From Rhizaria sp. SCN 62-66 (Eukaryota), in assembly GCA_001724265.1 (NCBI GenBank), contig MEDY01000275.1:1-64000 (forward strand): a stretch of DNA of 64,000 nucleotides, read 5' to 3'. The notes beneath the pieces were generated by a model that did no database searches, was not told the origin of the DNA, and saw only the letters and a list, made by a program, of their open reading frames with translations. Shown one piece after another: positions 56,779-64,000 of the stretch (position 1 is its first letter; every line of letters starts with the position of its first letter). The position numbers were made by a program, and so were the translations under genes.

Positions 56779-59700
56779 GAAGATGGCATCGGGACTGAAG
56801 TGAGCGAGTACGTGTTTACGCATGAGTCGCGGTGACGTTGATAATGAGCCAAACAAGTAGATGCGATATATTACAAGTACAGCTGTACATTTCAATTATG
56901 ACAATTTAACATTCTTGAACAATACAAAGATATATGTTGCAAGATCAACGACACAAAGATTGGCCTTTTCAGTACGATATGGGCCATTACGACGAGGAAA
57001 CTTTTTTTTTTTTTTCTCTTAGGCTAGTGACTGCAGGTCACCAACCTCTTACGAGCGCATTTGTGTATTCAAGTACAGCTATTGTGACAACAAACGAGAT
57101 CTCATGACTGAGATGTCATTGCCGAATAGCGGCATTCAAGGCGCAAACATGCTTTCGTGACCCGGATCCAACATTATCAGCAACCGCGGGGTCAAATACG
57201 TCAGTCACAGGCAGAGACTCGCATTACACACACGAACATACATGCAGAAAAACATATATGCCCAATGTGCCGAGCGAGCGTTGGCGGTGACGGCAGCGGT
57301 GACCGAGCAACGGGGGCTGGGTTGGGGCGGGGGTGCGGCCGGGGTACGGCGGCGATTGCGCCAGCAGCGCAGCGCACTCTGCGGCAACACAGCACATCGA
57401 ACAGCTAGCTCGACGCAGTTTCACTCACACGCCCTGCGCGCGCGGAGCGCCTTAGTGACGAAGGTTGGCTCGCGGAGAGGGAGAGAGGGAAGATGTAGCG
57501 GAGCCGGCGTGCGGCGGTCGTGCGGATACAGAGGCGAGCGCGGGGGCGCAGGGCGGGGTGATGACACTGCTTGTCGACGACCTCATTGCAGCGACGGCTT
57601 TTCCATTCGAGATATTTGCTTACACCAGCCACTCGTCTCAGGGAAAGATATAGTTCCTGACCTGACCTGAGCTGTGCCGTGATTATGCCGTGCCATTACT
57701 GTTAGATAGGGGTTGGATTGGGCAGGCGAGAGACTCCGCGGACAGGGCAACAAGTGAGTGAATTAGGCAAACGGCGATGGAGACGCGGACAAACTGACGG
57801 AGGGCGGGCGCGAGAGCGAGAGTGGGATGATCGACAGCAGACAAACACACACGCAGAGGAGACGATGGAAGGATAACTTAACACACAAAGATACGAAACA
57901 CACAACACATACGAAGAGATATAACTAAAATTTCACCTTCCAACGTTGAAGCTAGGACAGTATGAACCTGAGACAGACAACAAAAAGAAACACTTGGGAG
58001 TCTTCTGCACATTTTACTAAACATAAGTTCTCGATTGTTGCGCTTCTTCCCGCAGTATCTGTCGTGGCTGGGATGCAACCACTGACTGCAGCAGAGATAA
58101 CGCGCGCGAGAGAAAAGGGACGGAGATAGAAGAAGTGAGACTGTAACACCAAGTAGGCAGTAGACAGCAAACACAAACTTGACTGAAAAAAAATAAAAAA
58201 AAATCCACAAAAAACACACATACACACGCACAATAAAATTGAGGATGCAAAAAATGAATAGCAAACAGGCGTCATGCGCCGCGCACGGCACACACATAAC
58301 ATAGACTAGACACGACGTGCACGCGTGTGAGAGAAAGAGAGAGATTATGCGAGATACTAAGGTCTGCGTTCCGTGGGTGCAATGCGGCGGCGACTGAGGC
58401 AGATGAAAAAAGAAGAAAAAAACAACACACAACTACTTGCTAGTGACTACTTGCGAGTGACAAAAAAAGAAAAACATGCGTCCACGATAGCTGTGCACGA
58501 GGTCGAAAACAGTGAGCTGGGCCGACTGCTTCGCGACTGTGGCTATGAACGCGGCGGCGCCTTTGCTTAAATGTGCTTGTGATTGTGTGATTGGCTGTAG
58601 CTATGTTGGGTTCGTATCAGAGCGACATGTAGTTACAACAGAGACACACATGGTAATGCTGAGAACAAGGAACAAGTACAGGCAAGTCACACAACACAAA
58701 CACAAAGCCGCACAAACGAACATCTGGAGGCATAAACACACGGAAAACATAAACATTCTTGGCTTTGCGTTCAGGTACTTAGTGAAAAGGCAACCTAAAC
58801 CGGAGAAGCGAGTGAAGCAGTGCGAGCAAATGAGCTCCACTAACACGGGATAAACATATTCAAATATAAACATACAAGACACACGATCATAAAACACTTG
58901 TACCATCTAAAACACGACAATAAGAGAAACAGGTTTGCAACATTTCTGCTTTTGTTTACTTTTACTTTTCCTCTTGGGTTTGGGTTCGGTTGCGATTTGT
59001 TGTGATTACATAAACATTGCTTTTTGTTCAAGGTCCTCCGTGAGGACACAGTGACGACCGACAGTCACACTACACCGTGTGCAATTGCTAGGCACACACA
59101 AACATACCGTTGTACGCGCTCACAGCAAGCTAGAGTCAAGAATTTAGACTCAAACACGGAAGACGAGGGCGGGCTCGGAGCAGAGCGGTTCGGCGTGACT
59201 AGGCGACCAGAAGACAACTTGAACGAAAAAACGTAAGATAGTAGCAGCTTAGCGGCGAATAAAGAAGCAACGACTCCAAACAAAAACATACAGATAGCTT
59301 GTTGACCGAAGCCAAAAAAACAAGCACGCGAGCACTGTCGCGGTCACATACAAACAAGACACAAAATGGGAATAGCAACGGGGATTATGTACAGATACAA
59401 TGAGAAGACAAATATGACGATTTTTTGTGACATTATTTTTTTGATGGTTTTTGAGTCATTCTTTGGTTTTCTCTCGTAATTATATGATGTCTGGAGCTTG
59501 TTATTAGACTCACAAGGCAAACGTTGCGCTCATGGATGCGTGGTTACTTTGAGCGCGTGAACGTGGCATGTTTGGGCTCGCAAAGTGCGACACTTCGCGA
59601 AAACATAGCAAACAAGATATGAAAAATAAAGACATATGACAGAGTTATCATATAAAAAATACGGCGCGCGTTCAAGCGTTTTGACGTTAGTTGATGATCT

Positions 59701-60546
59701 TTGCTACGAGTTCAAGCACAGCGCACTAGGCCTTCAGTCGTTTTCTGCGACCCATCTGAGTAACAGCTAGCTAGCACTTGTGTGATGAGATATTGAGACG
59801 TTAAAGAAGCGAGTGACCAAGCTGATGTGACGAATGGAATATGTAGGAACGTGATAGCTCGTACGTAAAATGTGACTAGTGTACGGCGATCACAGAAACA
59901 ACAAAGCGACGACAGCGACAGCGATAACGGAAATAGCGAAGGGATCATGGCGACGGCAAGTTGCAACGGCAGAGAGGGAGCAAGGCGGCAAGAGCAGGAG
60001 GGCGAGAACGAGGGATTGAAGGAGCATGAAGAAGAGAGAGAGAGAGGGGAGACGCCAGTCTTAGTTGGATTGGAGCGACTGGCGGGCTACTGTGCGCATT
60101 GTTTCACACTATCTGTCGCTATGCTGAGTGGGAGGCACAACAACAGGCAGTGCGCGATGACAACAACGACATCAGAAACGATGGAACGAACGCAGGCTTC
60201 CTAGCTTGAGAGACACAGCTGCAAAGCAGTGCAGTCAAGCTGGGAGCTGAAAAAAAGACGTTAAAACAGCGAAGAACGTAACAGTGAAAAACAGAAACAT
60301 GCGAAAACACACACACAAACGAGATGTAGTGCAACATCACACACTCACGACAGGAACACAGTTTGATTGAGCTTTAACTTAGCTTATCGTTACTTCGCTT
60401 AGCCTGGGTGGGCTGCAGCGGAACTGTGCCGTGGTCAAGTGAACGTTTTGTGGTGCTTGGAGTCAGTAATAGAATTCCCGGGAATTCTATTACTGACTTT
60501 GGTTTGTCAGTTCAATTCAGTTCATTTCATTTTACTCTCTCCTTCC

Positions 60547-63500
60547 TTACTGCGGACCCAGTCCCTTGGACAGCCCCAGTCCGTGGTGGCCGTGAACGTG
60601 GGCCGGGTGACCGTGGGCGGGCGGGTTCTGCTGCAGCAGCCCCATAAGCGCCGCGATCTGGTTCATCTGCTGCGAGTTGCCGCCGGCTGCACCACCGCCG
60701 TTGGCAGCCAAGAGCGCCTGCGCTTGTGCTTGTGCCTGCTGCGCCTGCGCCTGCATCTGCGCCGCCTGCGCGTGGACCTGTGCCTGCGCCATGGCCTGCG
60801 CCATGGCCTGCGCCTGCGCGAGCGCCTGCGCCTGGGCCTGGGCCTGAACCTGTGCCTGCGCGTGCGACTGCGCCTGCAGCAGCTGCTGCGCCAGCTCGAA
60901 GAAGTTGGTCGCGCTCGGCGCCGCTGCCGCGGCGCTGGCGCTCACGGCGGCGGCGGTGGCGCTGGTGGCCGCGGCGCCGTTGCGCTTGGCCATGGCGGGC
61001 TTCGCCGGCAGCATGAGCCCGGCCATCGAGCCCGGAGCAGCGGCGGCGGCGGGCTTGGCGGCCTTGGCCACCTTGGGCTTGACGGGACGCACCGAGTGCA
61101 GCGCCTGCATGTTCACCGACAAGCTGCCCAGGCCGTGCCCGTGGCTGTGACCGTGGGGCGCGATGGCCGGCGACGCGGGCGCGGCCGGTCCGCTGCCGCC
61201 GCCCACCTGCACCTGCGCCTGTGCGTCATGGTAGCCGGCGTTGCCGCCGCCGCCGAGGCCGAGGCCGTGGGCCTGGCCCTGCCCGTAGCTGGTCACGGCG
61301 GGCGCAGCCAGCGTCGCGGCGGTCGACGGCGTGACCGCGGCCACGGCCGTCACGGTCGACTGCGCGGCCGTGGCGTTGGCGGCGCGCGCGGCGATGAGCG
61401 CAACGCCCTTGCGCGGGCACGGCGCCTGCTGCTGCTGAACCTGCTGCTGGATGTGCTGCTGCCGCTCGCGCAGCGCGGCCGTCAGCGCCGAGTCGGCGGC
61501 AGTGCTCGCGGCGGCCGCAGCGGCGGCCACGGTCTCGGCGTCGCACGTCTCCGCCGGCGACCGCAACTGCTGCTCAGAGCTCGCGAGGCCCGGCTCTAGC
61601 TTCACGCCCCCGCTGCTAATGCTGCCGTCCTCGTTGGCGACAGACGCAGACGCAGACACGGACGCCGAAGCAGACATGGAGCCGCCGCCGAAGCCCGCGG
61701 CGCTGACGCCGCCCGAGAGTGAGAGAGCAACCGCGGCGGCGGCGGCGGCGGCCTCCTCAGCGGCGGCCGCGGCCGTAGTGACGGGCCCGACGTTGACGAG
61801 CACGGGGTGACGCCGCAGCGCCGCGCGCGCGCTGTCGGCTTCAGCCGCGGGCGCGAACTGCAGCAGCCCCTCGGCCGTGGTCTTGAGCTCGGCCATGACG
61901 GCGTGGGCCGCCGCGACCTCGACGCGCATGACGGCAATCTCCTCGCCCGCCGACACGCAGCGCAGCTTGAGCAGGTTGAGCTCATTGCGCACGGCCGTCA
62001 ACTGCGCGGTGTGCGCCGCCGTGGCCGCATTGATAGTGGCCGCCTCGCCGGCCGCCACACGCACAAGCGCCGCGGCGAGGCAGCCCACGACGTCGGCAAG
62101 CTGCGCAGGCGACAGCGCATGGGCCGCAACCAGTCCCGCGATCGAGGCCGCGGGGTCCGTCAGTTGCGCCTGCGTGAAGAGCACGGCCGGCGCGGCACCC
62201 GCCGCGGCGCCGCGCCGCCCGCCCGCGCCCGCGCCGCCCAGCCCGCCCAGCGGCCCGCCGACGGCGGCGCCCGCGTCAGCGTGGCTCATCATGCCGCGCG
62301 CGCCGGCGCCGTCGAGAGCCAGCGCGCCGCGGCGGCCGTCGCGGCGGATCTTGCCACCGTCCCCGCTGGCCACGGCCACAGCGGCCGCCAACGAGACGGC
62401 ACTCCCGTCCTCGTCGCCCCCCGCGGCGCCCCCGCTGCCGCCGGCCGCGGCCGCTGCCGAGGACGCCGAAGCGGAGGACCCGGCGGCGGCGACGTTGTGC
62501 TGCTGGAGCAGCTGCTGCTGCAGCGCCGAAAGTGGCGCGCCCGAGGCCGCGGCGACAGTGGCGGCCTTAAGCGCGGCGATCGTGGCCGCGTGCTCCAACA
62601 CCGCGACGCAGAGCCCGAGCGGCGCGTCCAGCGGCGGCTGGTCGTCGACCGCGCCCGAGGCACCCGCCGCCGCCACCAGTTTCGCCGTCGCGGATGACAT
62701 CGTGGGCGCAGACGCAGATGACGCGGCATGGGTACCTGTGGCACCAGTGGGGGTCGCGAGGTCGGCGTCGTCGGTCATGGCGGACGCGGACGAGGGGAGC
62801 AGCCCGTCGTCCTCGCTCTTGGCGCTGCCGCTGCCGTCCGCGGCGCTGAGACCGCCGCTGCTGGTGCCGTTAGGGTCGGCTTTGCAGCCGTGGCCGCCGT
62901 CGAGCGCGAGCGCGGTGGTGACGATGCCGCCGCAGCGGGCCAGCGCCTCCTGCATCTGCCCGGCAGCACGCGCGTGCTGCAGCTGCTTGGCTGCCGCGCC
63001 GGGGCTAGCCACGGCGGCGGCCGCGGCGGCGGCAGCCGCGGTCTGCGCCTGCACGTGGCGCGACACGCGCGAGCCCGCCAGCGTCAGCGGCGCCGCGGGC
63101 TGCGCGGGCGCCGCGGCAGCAGCAGCGGCGGCGGTGGCGGCGGTGGCGGCGGTGGCGGCGGTGACGATGGAGCGGCGGTGCAAAGCAGGGGACGGGCCCT
63201 CGCTGCCGGAGCCAGGGCCGGGTGTGCCCGCGCCCGCGGACAGACCGGCGCTGTTGCCGTTTGTATTAAGGTGTCGGTGGCCAGCGGCGGCGGCGGCGGA
63301 GGCAGAGCCAGGGGTGTGGCGGGTGAGGGCGGCGGCCGCGGCGGTGGCCGTGACGCTCGCCAGCGCGGGCGACACGCCGTGGTCGTGACCGTGACCGTGG
63401 CCGTGGGCGCCGGTGCCGGTGCGGGAGGCGGAGAGCATGGCGGCCGAGTGTGACGCGAGCGCGATCGCTGACGCGGGCGCGCCGTGACTGTGTGCGAGCG

Positions 63501-63935
63501 AGTGCGCGTGCGCGGCGGCATGGAGGCCGTGCGAGGACTGGCGCGAGGGCGGCGTCACGGCGGCGGGCGCGGCGCCGGCGACGAGGAGCTGCTCGGGCGG
63601 GGACGGCGCTCTGCGGAGCTCACCAGCCAGCAGCAGCCCGGCTGCCGTCTTAAGGTACCCGGCGCTGGTGAAGGCCAACGACGAGTGCGGGCTGGGCGGG
63701 TACGTGTGCGAGTCTGCGGCTTCGCTCGCGGCGGAGGACGACGGCGGCGTGGCTGTGCCCGGGACGGGAGCAGAGAGGCCGTTGCTGGCGTGCTGGGCTC
63801 CTGTCGCGGGGGAGAGCTGAACTTGGTGGTGGCTGTTGAAGTCGCCCTTTGAGTAGGGGCGTTTCACTACCGGTTGGACATCACCAGGACGTCCGGAGGA
63901 GGAACCTGAAACTTCCGACATGGGAAGATCCGAGG
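60547..63935 (-). CDS. Orphan Ala/Gln/His-rich low-complexity protein with a central coiled-coil-like segment; the 5' exon probably lies outside the window
   Basis: Open frame of >1100 codons with high GC3, preceded by a polypyrimidine tract and CAG acceptor (63936-63937); first ATG at 63921. Heptad-like segment [44 protein letters not shown] repeats. Stop TAA. Confidence 0.75.
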
Positions 63936-64000
63936 CTGGAGAGAAAAGCGGGGAACGAAAGGGCGGGGAAACGGCGGCATACAAACGGAAGGTGAGGGGA

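Noticed and set aside
57157-57670. Short ORFs in the GC-rich patch of the large intergenic gap
   Set aside because: No codon bias, motifs or consistent splice structure.

Overview
Gene-dense nuclear DNA from a microbial eukaryote. Exons are GC-rich, spacers are AT-rich, and the GT-AG introns are short (128-564 nt), mostly with GTACGT donors. I can model 16 protein-coding genes: an eS1/RPS3A-like tail, a CDP-alcohol phosphotransferase, KLHDC4/Kel3, importin-beta, UTP25, glycine decarboxylase P, COA5/PET191, a purple acid phosphatase, a TMEM184/OSTalpha-like protein, DPYD, an ankyrin protein, dephospho-CoA kinase, a giant Upf1-like helicase, a B-box protein and two orphan Ala/Gln-rich proteins. 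There is also an intron-containing tRNA-Tyr(GUA) and a ~530 bp foldback element beside it. Main result: UAG appears not to act as a stop codon. Five in-frame TAGs, and no TAA or TGA, interrupt otherwise continuous multi-kb exons of two genes, one of them inside a helicase core. All 16 gene ends use TAA (9) or TGA (7), never TAG. This points to a variant nuclear code with UAG uncoupled from UAA. The encoded amino acid cannot be determined from this window, and A-to-I editing or cryptic introns are not formally excluded. All gene identities come from motif recognition by eye, not database searches.
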